Shown here: positions 25,128 through 37,909 of the stretch, in pieces
Layout of the letters: the number at the start of each line of letters is the position of its first letter
How positions within the stretch are numbered: the stretch's first letter is position 1
NCBI RefSeq assembly: GCF_006345805.1
Contig: NC_043021.1
Coordinates: forward strand, 23,994,001-24,058,000
Direction: 5' to 3'
Length of the DNA stretch: 64,000 bases
Source: Octopus sinensis
Lineage: Eukaryota
Position numbers and translations under genes: made by a program
The notes under the pieces: generated by a model
Databases searched by the model: none
What the model saw: the letters and a program-made list of their open reading frames with translations, nothing else
What the model was told of the DNA's origin: nothing

Positions 25128-26294
25128 CAGGGGTTGGACAAAATAATGGAAACACCTAGCATCATAGCATCATAATTTTGAAGTATCTATAAAACCGTCA
25201 AAAGCTTGTTTATTTTTATGTTTTTTAATTTATTGTTTGTGTTGCTTAATGTTTTGCTAAAATCGCTGTTTCTTTTCAAATATCATCAGAAAAAGGTAAT
25301 TAAAATTGAATAAAATGACAGATCTATCGGACTTTCGAAGAGGTCAAATTCTTGGTACTCGTATGGCAGGCGCTAGTGTAACGAAAATAGTCGAAATGTT
25401 TGTGTGTATTAAGAAGTACTGTCACGAAAGTAACGACAGCCTTTGAAAAAGAGGGAAAAAACCTCCTCCTCGAAATAAAACTCTGGAAGAAAACCAAAAC
25501 TTTTAGATAGGGAACGTCGGGCTCTTACGCGAATTGTTAGGAAGGATCACAAAAGTACAGCTCCCAAAATTACTGCCACTTTCAAAAACAAACGTTGTAA
25601 AGCGTTTAGAGTGGACTAAAGACCTACAGAATTGGTCCATAGAGCAGTGGAACAATGTTATTTTCTCGGACGACTCATCCTTTACCTTTTTCCCGACAAC
25701 TGGCCGAGTATACGTGTGGAGACAGCCAAAAGAGGCACTTAACCCAGACTGCCTTCTTCCAACTGTGAAACTTGGAGGAGGATCTGTGATGATCTTGTGA
25801 GTTATATCTTGGAAATCCGCCCGTCCAATGGTTTACCGTTATGGCAGAATTAATAGTCTTTTTAAACATTTTGTCTGATCAAATTCATCCTATGGTTGCG
25901 GAACTTTTTCGGGAGGGAAACGCAATCTTTCAGGATGATAATGCACCAATTTACACGGCTAAAGTTGTTACTGAATGGCACGAGGAACATTCTAGTGAAA
26001 TTGAACATCTTATCTGGCCACCACAGTCCCCAGATCTTCCCAATATTATTGAACATTTATGGTGCATTTAAAAAAAACAAGTAAGGAGTCGGTATACTCC
26101 ACCACCATCACTACAAGAATTGGAGACTGTTTTAGCTGGAAAATGGACGAAATTCCTTTGGAAACAATTCAAACTTTGTACTAGTCCATACCTCTTAGGA
26201 TTCAAGCTGTAATTACTGCCAAAGGTGGTCCTATCTCATATTAAAATAAATCTGTTTGAAATTTTAAAGTGTTTCCATTATTTTGTCCAACCCG
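25128..26294 (+). mobile_element. Tc1-type (DD34E) transposon, near full length, frameshifted
   Basis: TIR GGGTTGGACAAAATAATGGAAACAC, TA flanks; WNNVIFSDDS, FQDDNAP, WPPQSPDLPNIIEHLW. Confidence 0.93.
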
Positions 26295-26383
<89 letters not shown>

Positions 26384-26448
26384 ACAGACAGATGGATATA
26401 TAGATAGAAAGATCGACAGACAGAAAGATCGACAGACAGATAGATAGG

Positions 26449-26584
<136 letters not shown>

Positions 26585-27129
26585 CAGACATATATTGCCA
26601 TTCTCTCTCGATTTTTTCCTCTTATTCCTTTCTGTCGAAACGAGCGTTAAACTGATACATCTGCTCGTTGTTCCTACATCTGATTTCGTCATTTGTTTTT
26701 CTATAAATTTCAATTATATATATATATATATATATACATATGTCCACACACCACATACACACACACACACGTACACGCACAAACAGGCGCACGCACACAC
26801 ACAAACATTATTATATTTCTGCTTAAGCAGAACATGAGGAAGCAGATGAATGGAAGAGGCGCTGAAGAGATCACAGATGTATGACGAAAGATTTTCAGAC
26901 AATGGCCATAAGACAAATTATGAACAATAACAAACGAGGGAAGAACGAATATATTGTACTTGTACTCATTAGGGAAGGAAAAAAATGACCCTCCCAAAAC
27001 CGAAGTCTAGCAATATCTGTTTCAACACACGATTTCACATCAGGGATCTCGCAAAAGAAATTCATAAACGTGTGTGTGTGTGTCTCTGTGTGTGTGCGCG
27101 CGCGTGTATGTGTGTCTATGTATGTATGT

Positions 27130-28765
27130 CAGGTCACTTATGAGGCTCTCATAAGTGCTGCTGGTAACTCATAAGTATGGTTCTCAGCTGGGTATAAAAA
27201 ATAGTTTTATCTTCTTAGTCAAAGTAGGTGCATAGACACTTATTAGAGTAGCAAACCGCCCACATTTCAGATGCAATCGTAGAGTCATTAGACGTTCATT
27301 TATAGGAACAGGAAGCTCCTCCAACTTCTTAAGGATATCAGATCGAACTGCAAAGGCAACACCAGCTTCTCTGCGCTCCCACTTCTGCCCCCACTTCCAA
27401 AAAATGGCGTATCCACCTCCTACCTCCTAGAGCTGTCCATCACCTTCCAAACGAGTCTCTGAAAGTGCAGCTGTATCAATATTATAACGGTTCACCTCGC
27501 GAGCAACAAGTGCAGTGCGTGTTTCAGTAGTGGATGAAACAGTAATTGATACTATGCAACAAAGATCTATCATTGGCACCTTAAATTCCAAAACCCTCAA
27601 TAGATGAAGTAATGACATCAATAAGTAAATTGAATCTTGGTAGGGCACCTGGAAATGATGTAATTTGAGCTGAAGTCTTGCGATTTGATGGTGATTACAC
27701 CATACAGTCCCTTCATGAACTTATTAGTGCAGTCTGGAGGGATGATGCAATGCCTAAGGACTGGAAGGCTGCAATTATTCTTCCTGTCTATAAAGGAAAA
27801 TGAGCCAGAACAATGTGTGGTAACTACAGAGATATTGCTCTACTATCAGCTGCTGGCAAGGTTCTGGCAAATATTCTTCTTACTCGCCTGAATGGGTGTC
27901 TCGTAAATGATGTCCTGCCTGAATCTCAATGTAGCTTCCGATATGGTAGAGGGACAATGGATGTGATTTTTACAGCAAAACAGATGCAAGAGAAGTGCTA
28001 TGAGTAGAATATAGATCTTGTCTAGGTTTTCATTGATTTAACCAAGGCCTTCGATACTGTGAACAGGGCCTTTCTATGGAAAATACTTGGCAAACTTGGA
28101 TGTTGGGATCACTTTGTATCTATAATTAAACAATTTCATGATAGGATGAAGGCTTGGGGAAAATGTTGGTGGTGGCATGGCGGGATACATTCCTGTAGAG
28201 AATGGTGTCAAGCAGGGTGACGTCCTTGCCCCAACTCTCTTTTCTTTGTACTTTGCTTCTGCTTTTACTCATGCTTTTACTAAGATTGGCTCTCTGGGAA
28301 TATGTTAGATATCGATCTTCTAGCCGCTTCTTTAATCTTGCTGCCAATTCAAAAGTTTTCCAGTCTCTCATCCGTGACCTCCTTTATGCAGATGACTGTG
28401 ACTTAGTTACTCATGCAGTGGATGACATGCAAATACTTATGAATCATATTTCTACTTCTTGCAAAGCATTTGGGCTCAGTATTAGCATGGACAAGACTGT
28501 TGTAATGTTCCAGCCTGCACCAGGAAATCCATATGTGGAACCAGCTATCTCGGCTGAAGGAACAATTCTGAAAGTGGTAGACAAGTGTGTCTATCTGGGC
28601 AACACACTCAGCCGTTCTTGTTCCCTGGATGATGAAATATCTTTCAGGTTGCAGGAAGCAATTAATTCCTTCCAGTTTCTTCAGTCTCGTGTCTGATCTC
28701 AGCATGGCATAACAAGGCAAACAAAGATTGCTGTGTACCGTGCACGTGTACTGACATCGCTCTTT
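27130..28765 (+). mobile_element. RTE-clade LINE pseudocopy with inverted 5' (APE) segment
   Basis: Plus 27541-28765: NYRDIALLS, ESQCSFR, FIDLTKAFDTV, GVKQGDVLAP, LLYADD. Minus 27525-27130: RTALVAREVNRYNIDTAALSETR, ISVYAPT. Confidence 0.88.
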
Positions 28766-29022
28766 CACCAACAGAAAATAAGGGAAATAGAAATTATGTT
28801 TGGAGACAGCAAAGGGAGGACACTCGTTTGCAAACGGATTACTAGAATCCGTTTGCTAAAAGTGAGAAACTCCGACATCAGAAGAGAATAACCGATAGAA
28901 CAATCTTAGGTTGTTCTGAACATAATGGCCGCTCTAAGTGTCGTGTTTTGAAACGCAATTAAATGCAGTTGTGTGGAACGATTGTACTGCATTACCTCTG
29001 GATATCTTTGTTGCTTATTTTG

Positions 29023-29027
<5 letters not shown>
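28765..29027 (+). mobile_element. Short repeat, second copy at about 30597-30790
   Basis: About 195-bp direct repeat 1.83 kb apart; this copy continues to a deleted hammerhead remnant and (TA)n. Confidence 0.65.
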
Positions 29028-29086
<59 letters not shown>

Positions 29087-29142
29087 ATATTATATATATA
29101 TATATATATATATGAGAAAAAAGCAACAAGAATGGATCAATA

Positions 29143-29231
29143 TTTCGGTACAATTGTTTCGTACGAAGACAGCTTTATTAAGGCTGCAAATATTGCAGTA
29201 AATATAAGTGACCCATACTCATCAGCCGAAA
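29143..29231 (-). ncRNA. Type I hammerhead ribozyme, canonical core
   Basis: UUUCGG-CUGAUGA-GUAUG...CGUAC-GAAAC-AAUU-GUA-CCGAAA: 6-bp helix I, 5-bp helix II closed by G-C, palindromic helix III (ACAAUUGU), GUA cleavage triplet. Confidence 0.85.
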
Positions 29232-29462
29232 AAACATCTGAGTTCTCCAAACATCTAAGTGGGTGATGTTACACTCCTGAAACATCAGGGATAGTTCTAT
29301 AAAAATAAGATTTAGGTAACAAATGGACTTCTAAAAGTTCTTTTAGTGTTGCACAGTCATATAACGGGTTTTAAAAAAGTATTTTAAAAAAACCTCTTAG
29401 TTTTCCAGAAAATGAAAATGAAATTGAAAATGTAAATCCATCCATATTGAAGAAAGTTTGAA

Positions 29463-29857
29463 GTGACGGGAACATAAACACACCAGCATCGGTTGTCAAG
29501 CAATGCTAGGGGGACAAACACAGATACACAAACACACACACATACCATATATATATATATACATATATACGACGGGCTTCTTTCAGTTTCCGTCTACCAA
29601 ATCCACTCAAAAGCCTTTGGTCGGCCCGAGGCTATAGTAGAAGACACTTGCCCAAGGTGCCACGCAGTGGGACTGAGCTGGAACCATGTGGTTGGTAAAC
29701 AAGCTACTTACCACACAGCCACTCCTAGAAACCGATAGAATAAGTACTAGGCTTACGAAGAAATCCTAAGGTCGATTTCTTCGACTAAAACCCCTTAAGA
29801 TGGTGCTCCAGCATAGCCGCAGTCAAATAACTGAAACAAGTAAAAGAATAAAAGAGT
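29463..29857. mobile_element. SINE family B, 5' part (minus, 29463-29726) joined head-to-middle with 3' part (plus, 29727-29857)
   Basis: Both halves match the family consensus in opposite orientation. Confidence 0.8.
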
Positions 29858-29874
29858 ACATACGGACGTACACG

Positions 29875-30309
29875 CATACATACATACATACATACATACA
29901 TACATAACATACATACATACATACATACATACATACACATACATACATACATACATACATACATACATGCATATGTACGTACGTACATACATACATACAT
30001 ACATATATATACACACATACATACATACACATACATACATGCATACATACATATACACACTTACATACATACATACACATACATATATACACATACATAC
30101 ATACATACACATACATACATACACATACATACATAGATACATACATACATGCATACAAACACATACATACATACATACATACATGCATACATACATACAC
30201 ATACATACATACATACACACATACATACATACATACATACACACATACATACATGCATACATACATACACATACATACATACATACACACACATACATAC
30301 ATACATACA

Positions 30310-30343
<34 letters not shown>

Positions 30344-30385
30344 CATGCATACATACATACATACACATACATACATACACACACA

Positions 30386-30419
<34 letters not shown>

Positions 30420-30432
30420 CATACATACATAT
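29875..30432. repeat. (ATAC)n compound microsatellite
   Basis: Direct reading. Confidence 0.97.
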
Positions 30433-30879
30433 GCAAAGCAGTGCATGAATGACATTCAAAAAGTGAACAAAACCGAAACAACAAAGCAAATATCATCCTA
30501 GGTTTTGAAGACAGAAAATGATGGCTAGTTTACGGAAGATCACCAGCCATGTGAGGATGCTTATTGGCTGTAAACAAGCAAATCACTATACGTCGCACCA
30601 ACAAAGTAAAGGAGATAGAAATGATGTTTGGAGACAGCAAAGGGAGACCACTCGTTTGCAAACTGATTACTAGAATCCGTTTGCTAAAAGTGAGAAACTC
30701 CTACATCAGAAGAGAATAACCAAGAGAAGAACAATCTTAGGTTGTTCTGAACATAATGGCCGCTCTAAGTGTCGTGTTTTGAAACGCAATTTTATCATAG
30801 TATTTTAATTATACTTTAGGTGAATTTTGACATATTTAATAATTGATTTATGCTCTTTGATGATTTTTCTACCTATTTC

Positions 30880-31765
30880 AGACGGAAAACATTCATGGAG
30901 AATAGGCGTCCTTAATTATGAACATGACAATAAAAGAATCTTCGCTTGAATGAGTTCACGCTTGGGCACAATGCCGCCCAAACTGCTGCCAATATCAACA
31001 GAGCATGAGAAGAGGTGTCCAGAAGCGATTGCACAGAAATTCCGTACTCGTGATGAGCGCCTTGAAGATGAAGAAGGTAGAGGACGGTCATGCAGTCTTG
31101 ACAATGAACAATGGAAAGCAATTGTTGAACAAGACCCACGTCAAAGTGTCAAAGAAATGTCTCACGCACTTGGTGTCGGTATTTTATTTCAATGGTCTCA
31201 CGCAATCTGTAGAAGATTGGTACTGTGAAAATGCTCGATAAATGGGTACCGCATGAGCTCAATAAAAATCAAAAAGTTCGGCGTCTTGAAGTGTGTTCGA
31301 TGCTCTTTCTGCGCAACCCCAATGATCTTCTTCTTGAATGTGACGAAAATGGATACTTTATGATAACTGTAAACGATCAGGTCAATGGCTTGATCGTGAT
31401 GAGTACCGCAAACATTTCCCAAAGCCAAAGTTGCATCAGCAAAAGATTATGGTGACTGCCTGGTGGTCTGCAATTAATGTTGTCAATTACAGCTTTCTGG
31501 TAGACAATCAGAGCATCACAGCAGAGGTTTACTGCAATCAACTCGTTGAAATGCATGCTCACTTGCAGAAAAAATGAGACCTGCATTGGTGATCGGCGTG
31601 ACCCATTTCTGCTCCACGATAATGCAAAGCCACATATTGCAAGAATGACACTGCAGAAACTCATAGCTTTGGGATACAAGACATTACTACATCTTCCATG
31701 TTCTGATCTTTCACCCACTGACTACTATTTTTTTTTTAGCATTTAAACACGTTTTAAGTGATAAA
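30880..31765 (+). mobile_element. Decayed mariner transposase
   Basis: KWVPHEL, KIMVTAWW, LLHDNAKPH, SDLSPTDY; no clear TIR pair. Confidence 0.85.
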
Positions 31766-31784
31766 ACTTTCAGGTTCAAACCTG

Positions 31785-32345
31785 GGTACTGTTGGAATGT
31801 CCTAGTGAAAACCTTAAATTGTAAGCACAACAGACCTGATATAATGATTTGGGATTGAGAAGAGAAAGTGTGTACAGTTGTGGAAATTGCCTACCCAGCG
31901 CGTGTTAACATAAACCTGATGATCAATGAAAAGGAGAATACATATCATGAACTATTAAGAAATCTGCACTTACTTTAGCCAGATTACAAGTTCGGGTTTA
32001 TACCTGTTTATACTGGGATTCTGGGATATGTAAAAACTACTTAAATACCAATCTTGAGAAATTAGGCTTCTCAAAACCAGAAAGGAGAAAGCTGATTCAA
32101 AGACTACAGATCCAGTTCTTCACTGGAACTGTAAAAATCAGTAAAACTTTCCAGAAATTTATCATTTAAGTATATATGAGCATGTCAGATTATGCAACTA
32201 TATGCATGAGAAGACATACATAAAGCGAAACATAAAAATCTGCACTTATACATACATTCGTACAAAAACACCCTGTTGTTGATGTTGAAATGTTAATGGA
32301 TCTCGGTTAGAAACTGGCACTGCCTCTATTGACAAGAAATTTTGA
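31785..32345 (+). mobile_element. RLE-type LINE 3' fragment (endonuclease domain), antisense in intron 1 of the STC-like gene
   Basis: Reads KHNRPDIMIWD*EEKVCTVVEIAYP...FIPV with stops. Confidence 0.7.
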
Positions 32346-32394
32346 AATAAAACTGAATAATGACATACATAAAGACACACGCAAATACACTAAC

Positions 32395-32518
32395 CTTTTT
32401 GGGGCTGCATTTCTGTCTTGAAATTAGCTTCGCCTCCTTTTGCTTCGATTGTCAACATCAAAGACATCAAAAGAACCATGAAAAGCTTCAACATGTTTCC
32501 TATATTTGTTCTGTTCAT
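32395..32518 (-). CDS. Stanniocalcin-like secreted protein, coding exon 1 (signal peptide)
   Basis: Minus strand ATG at 32518 reads MNRTNIGNMLKLFMVLLMSLMLTIEA-KGGEANFKTEMQPQK+G, a hydrophobic signal-peptide-like stretch. It ends at donor AAAG|GTTAGT (124 nt, phase 1), matching the phase of exon 2. Met9 (32494) is an alternative start. Confidence 0.8.
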
Positions 32519-32653
32519 CTATAATACCAATGTCTGATGCCGTTACCAATATGTTCTGTTTCTGCCAAAGTCTTCTCTCGAAATCTAGCGCTGATGTCGG
32601 GTGTTCACACAGTTTTGTAGAAAACGAACACATTCCTGGTTCACTCTCTCCGC

Positions 32654-32686
<33 letters not shown>

Positions 32687-32843
32687 AGATATGTGTGTAT
32701 GTATGTATGTATGTATTTATGTATAATGTATATAATATGCTATAATATATATATATTTTAATATATATATATATATAATATATATATATATATTATATAT
32801 ATATGTATGTATGTATATTTATATGCATATATATATATATATG

Positions 32844-32943
32844 NNNNNNNNNNNNNNNNNNNNNNNNNNNNNNNNNNNNNNNNNNNNNNNNNNNNNNNNN
32901 NNNNNNNNNNNNNNNNNNNNNNNNNNNNNNNNNNNNNNNNNNN
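32844..32943. other. Assembly gap (100 N)
   Basis: Run of N. Confidence 1.
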
Positions 32944-34982
32944 GCGAATTTACACCAAAAATGGTGAGAAATCTCGGCTCGAGAGAATGCTAATGGAAAT
33001 TGAGAAAAGTCTGCATCAATCCCATGAAAAGGAAAGAAGCTTGGGTAATAGAAAATATAAAATCAAACCCTTTCTTTAAGTTTGCCAAAGAGACAGCCAC
33101 AGTGCACCAGAGAATGGGACCTCTCTTCCAAAAAGAAGGCTCTCTCACAGGAAATCCCACGAGGATAAGTGAAATACTGAACGAACAGTTCCAAAGTGTG
33201 TTCACTACACCTCTAGGACACAGGCAAGTAAACAACCCAGAATAATTCTTTGCCATTTCACCTGTGGCCAAAGAGGCAAAAATTGAGTACATCAACATCG
33301 AAGATGATGATATCACACTAGCCATAGATGAGATTGACACAAACTCAGCTGCTGGACCTGATGGATTCCCAGCGATCCTTCTCAAATCGTGCAAACGAGT
33401 CCTTGCAAAACTGCTACAGCTTCTTTTTCAGAGCTTTCTTGTAAGTGGTAAGCTCCCAGTCAAATTGAAAGAGGGGGTAATATGCCCAATCCATAAGGGA
33501 GGAAGCAGAGCAGATGCTAAAAATTATAGGCCTATCTCTCTGACCTCATGCATCAGCAAAGTCATGGAACGAATAGTCCGTAAGAAACTAATCATGTACC
33601 TTGAAGAAAATGACTTGCTGTCTGACACCCAGCATGGATTTCAACCAGGTAGAAGCTCCCTAACACAGCTCCTGCAACACTATGACTGGGTGTTGAATCA
33701 GCTACTAAATGGCTCAAATGTGGATGTAATATATCTCGACTTTGCAAAAGCCTTTGATAAAGTCAACCATGATCTGTCACAAACTGCGTGGTCTCGGCAT
33801 AGGCGGAAAACTTGGAGAGTGGCTGCACAACTTCCTAAAAGACAGAAAACAGGCCCTTGTGAGCAATGGAGCCACCTCCAAGGAAACACAAATAACAAGC
33901 GGTGTCCCACAGTGCACTGTCTTGGGGCCACTGATGTTCATAGTGGCCCTTTCAGACATGCCTTCAGTTGCTACGATGGCCACTCTTGCTAGCTATGCAG
34001 ATGACACAAAAGTCTCCCACACAAATACAAAACCCTGAAAATATTGCGCATCTGCAACAGGAGTTGGACACAATAAACAGGTGGGCTGAGGACAACAACA
34101 TGCAGTTTAATGCAGGTAAGTTCCAGGCCCTGCGCTACCGGCACACAAAGGTAAACGACGTGCAGACTGGATACACTGGATACACTGGAAGAATTGCAAT
34201 CCCTGAGTCAAAATCAGTGCGTGACCTGGGCATTGACATGAGCAATGATGCATCTTTCCAAGTGCATATTACTAATCTGGTGATAAAATGCAGACGGCTA
34301 GCTGGATGGATTCTCCGAACTTTCAGAACAAGAGAGAAGGAGACACTGATGGTCCTATGGAAAACATTCGTCCTCAGCCGCTTGGACTACTGCTCTCAAC
34401 TATGGTCACCACACAATATAAAACTACTAACTAGACAGAAACTCGAACAATCAAGAGGCTACAAAAAGAAAATCGTCTCAATGCAAAATATCAGCTACTG
34501 GGAAGACTGAAAGTATTAAACCTCTTCTCCCTAGAGCGGAGGCGGAGAGATATGCGGTGATATACATCTGGAAAATCCTGGAGCGTCTTGTCCCAATCTT
34601 TGGCATTCAAAGTTACCCCAACCGCAGAACGGGGCGCCACTGCATGGTGCCAAAGATTCCAACATCCCATCAAAATACAGGACCAGATACTGCAACAGCT
34701 TGGGTTTCAGAGGACCACAGCTCTTTAACATCCTCCCTAAATGCCTGAGAGACTTACATGGTGTGGATGTGGGTTTCTTTAAAACTAAACTGGATCTCTT
34801 CTTGTCGGGAGTCCCAGATGACCCCTACCACGGCAGGAGACGCAGATGCGGGCAGCAGCATCGAACTCCTTGTGATCAAGTGCCACGTATCAGAGGTGGA
34901 TTCACATATTAGTGTAGCTCATTCAGCGTGGGCCCAGCATGGCCGCGGCCTTCGGCTAAAACATTTTAAAGGATTTTAAGGA
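32944..34982 (+). mobile_element. CR1/L2-group LINE, RT and 3' end, frameshifted
   Basis: [58 protein letters not shown]; 5' side runs into the N gap. Confidence 0.92.
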
Positions 34983-34993
34983 TATATATATAC

Positions 34994-35025
<32 letters not shown>

Positions 35026-35382
35026 GTATATATATATCCTTAAAATCCTTTAAAATGTATATATGTATATATTATGTAAGTGGTAAGCTCCCAGTCAAAT
35101 TGAAAGAGGGGTAATATGCCCAATCCATAAGGGAGGAAGCAGAGCAGATGCTAAAAATTATAGGCCTATCTCTCTGACCTCATGCATATATACATATATA
35201 TATACATATATATATACATATATATACATATATATCCTATATATACATATATATATAATATATATACATCTATTATTATATACATATATATATATATATA
35301 CATATATATACATATATATATATATATACATATATATACATATATATATATATATAATATATATACATATATATATATATAC

Positions 35383-35421
<39 letters not shown>

Positions 35422-35449
35422 CTATATATACATATATACATATATATTT

Positions 35450-35485
<36 letters not shown>

Positions 35486-35764
35486 ATATATATATAAAAA
35501 TGAGATAGGGGTTGAAAAATTCAACCCACCATGGGATAACATATATCCAATATACTGCTAGATAGGTACCCAACAAGACTAATACATAGATGTTAAAAAT
35601 TGCCAAGCAATTAGTTCATCTATTGTATTATATGGGCAAAGGTAATAATATTACCCTAAATTAATACTACAAAATTAGAAAATGGAGAAACATACTTAAA
35701 TCAATAAAACAAGTATGTTTCTCCATTTTCTAATTTTGTAGTATATATATATATATATATACAT

Positions 35765-36249
35765 AGGCGTAGGAGTGGCTGTGTGGTTAGTAGCTTGCTT
35801 ACGAACCACATGGTTCCGGGCTCAGTCCTACTGCGTGGTACCTTGGGCAAGCGTCTTCTACTATAGCCTCGGACCGACCAAAGCCTTGTGAGTGGATTTG
35901 GTAGATTGAAACTGAAAAAAGCCCGTCGTATATATGTATATATGTGTGTGTGTGTGGTGTGTTGTGTGTGTGTGTGTTGTGTGTGTGGTGTGTGTGTGTG
36001 TGTGTGTGGTGCGTGCGTGCGTGCGTGTGCATTTGTGTGTGTAGATGTTTGTGTGTCTGTGTTTGCCCCCCAGCATCGCTTGACAACCGATGCTGGTGTG
36101 TTTACGTCCCCGTAACCTAGCGGTTCGGCAAAAGAAACCGATAGAATAAGTACTAGGCTTACAAAGAATAAGCCCTGGGGTCGATTTGCTCGACTAAAGG
36201 CGGTGCTCCTGTATGGCCACACTCAAGTGATTTAAACAGGTAAAAGAGT
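35765..36249 (+). mobile_element. SINE family B with expanded (TG)n middle
   Basis: Family consensus. Confidence 0.9.
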
Positions 36250-36601
36250 ATATATATAGACATAAAGTCGCACACGCATGCATGAATACACAAACTTCCA
36301 CGTTCACGTACACACATACAAAATCAGGGTACATTCACTCACTCACACACAAATACAGCGCGTGCAAGAACACACACTCCTTTACTCCTTCACGCACCTG
36401 AGAAATGAAAAGAGTGATGGACGTCGTAGGTTCCTGTTTTAAGAAGCCATTATCTTCAATTTATAATGACAGTTCTTTTATGTTTCTTCCTTTTGGGGAC
36501 ACATTGAACTGTCGTTGGAAAATTCTAGTTAAATATCAGTTTGTGTTTCAGAACAATTTACCGGTTTTTCCTTTCGTTTCATGAGCTACGAGCTGACAGA
36601 A

Positions 36602-36812
36602 TCTTTTCTACTCGAGGCAAAAGGCCCCAAATTTTGTGGGACGGGTCAGTCGATTAGATCGACCCCAGTACGTACCTGGTACTTAATTTATCGACCCCAA
36701 AAAGATGAAAGGCAAAGTCGACCTCGGTGGAATTTGAACTCAGAACGTAAAGACACACGAAATACTGCGAAGCATTTGGCCCAGCGTGCTAACATTTCTG
36801 CCAGCTGGCGGA
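36602..36812 (-). mobile_element. SINE family A monomer
   Basis: Reverse complement of the family consensus. Confidence 0.85.
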
Positions 36813-36840
36813 ATCGTTAACGTTATATAGAGTATAATAT

Positions 36841-37909
36841 TGTTGTGGTTCAGCTTGAGGACAGAGCTGGCAACCTACTTTGCTGGCTTGGAGACTGAAA
36901 GTCTACAATGCAAAGTTATAGTCCTTTGTTTTAGAAAGAGTAATGAGCTTTTAGGGGACCTTTGGTCTTGTGCCGGTCAGGGAAAGTTCGTTGTAAACAC
37001 CTCTTAAAAGAGAGGAAGTTTGAGCTGTAAAGGCAGTCGGCATTTGGGATTCAAGGCAAGCAGTTGGCAGTTTGGATTTAAATGTGGCTGTTCTGCTGGT
37101 GACAGTGTACTGAGAGATGACAGGAAGACAGTCATGAGAGAGTGAACAGTTGGGATTGTACAGCGTGTTAGTAATGGTTTGTTCTGCTGTGACAGAGAGA
37201 GATATACAGAGGATTAGGCAGCTAATAGAGAGGGACTACAATGTGAGGCATTGGCTGATGTAACGGTATGTGTTAATTGTATGTTTTGATAAGTGAAGAA
37301 AAAGAAGGAAAAAGAATCGATGTATTGAAATGTAAAAGAAATGAACATTGTTTATGTTGTTGATGGTTATAAAGAAAAGGCTAAAGAGAACTGTGTAAAG
37401 ACATTGTGTACAGAGTTGTTGAAAAGAAAGGCTCTGTTGTAGTCTGAAAAGAATTTAATGAACATTGAACGTATATGTGTTAATTGTCCTCTGAACTGTA
37501 ACGTTAATGTGATTTGAAACAGAACTGTTGTCTCCGGACTGTATATTGCATCAATTTGATCTGTTGTATACCTGTATTGATTTGTTGTTTTCTTTAAATG
37601 CTGTTGTTATATTGCATCTGCATGCTGTTGATTCTGTTGCTTGTATTTACCTGATGTATCACATACTATTTGTTGTAATAGTCATATAAACTAGTTGTTA
37701 AACGTAGCTAATTGCCTTCCGCTGTATCTCTGTGTCTCTTCTTGCTGTTGTTGTTGTTGTTATCTCTCTCCTCTCTGGATTCCGTGGCGAATTCGCCGAT
37801 CGATTCGAGCCTGGTCAATCGTCGTCGCTCGACTTGTTGGGATCCCGGGTTCGTGTTAGGAGCGACGGCAGGTGGGATTCCGTAGCAACTTTCGGGGAGT
37901 CCCGTAACA
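36841..37909 (+). mobile_element. Solo LTR (Ty3/Gypsy-like)
   Basis: TGTTGTGG...CCGTAACA imperfect inverted termini, TG...CA, 4-bp TSD ATAT on both sides; no internal coding sequence. Strand uncertain. Confidence 0.7.

Noticed and set aside
32424-32633. 69-aa ORF in the track
   Set aside because: Overlaps the real exon 1 in a different frame; the signal-peptide frame has the splice donor and phase match.
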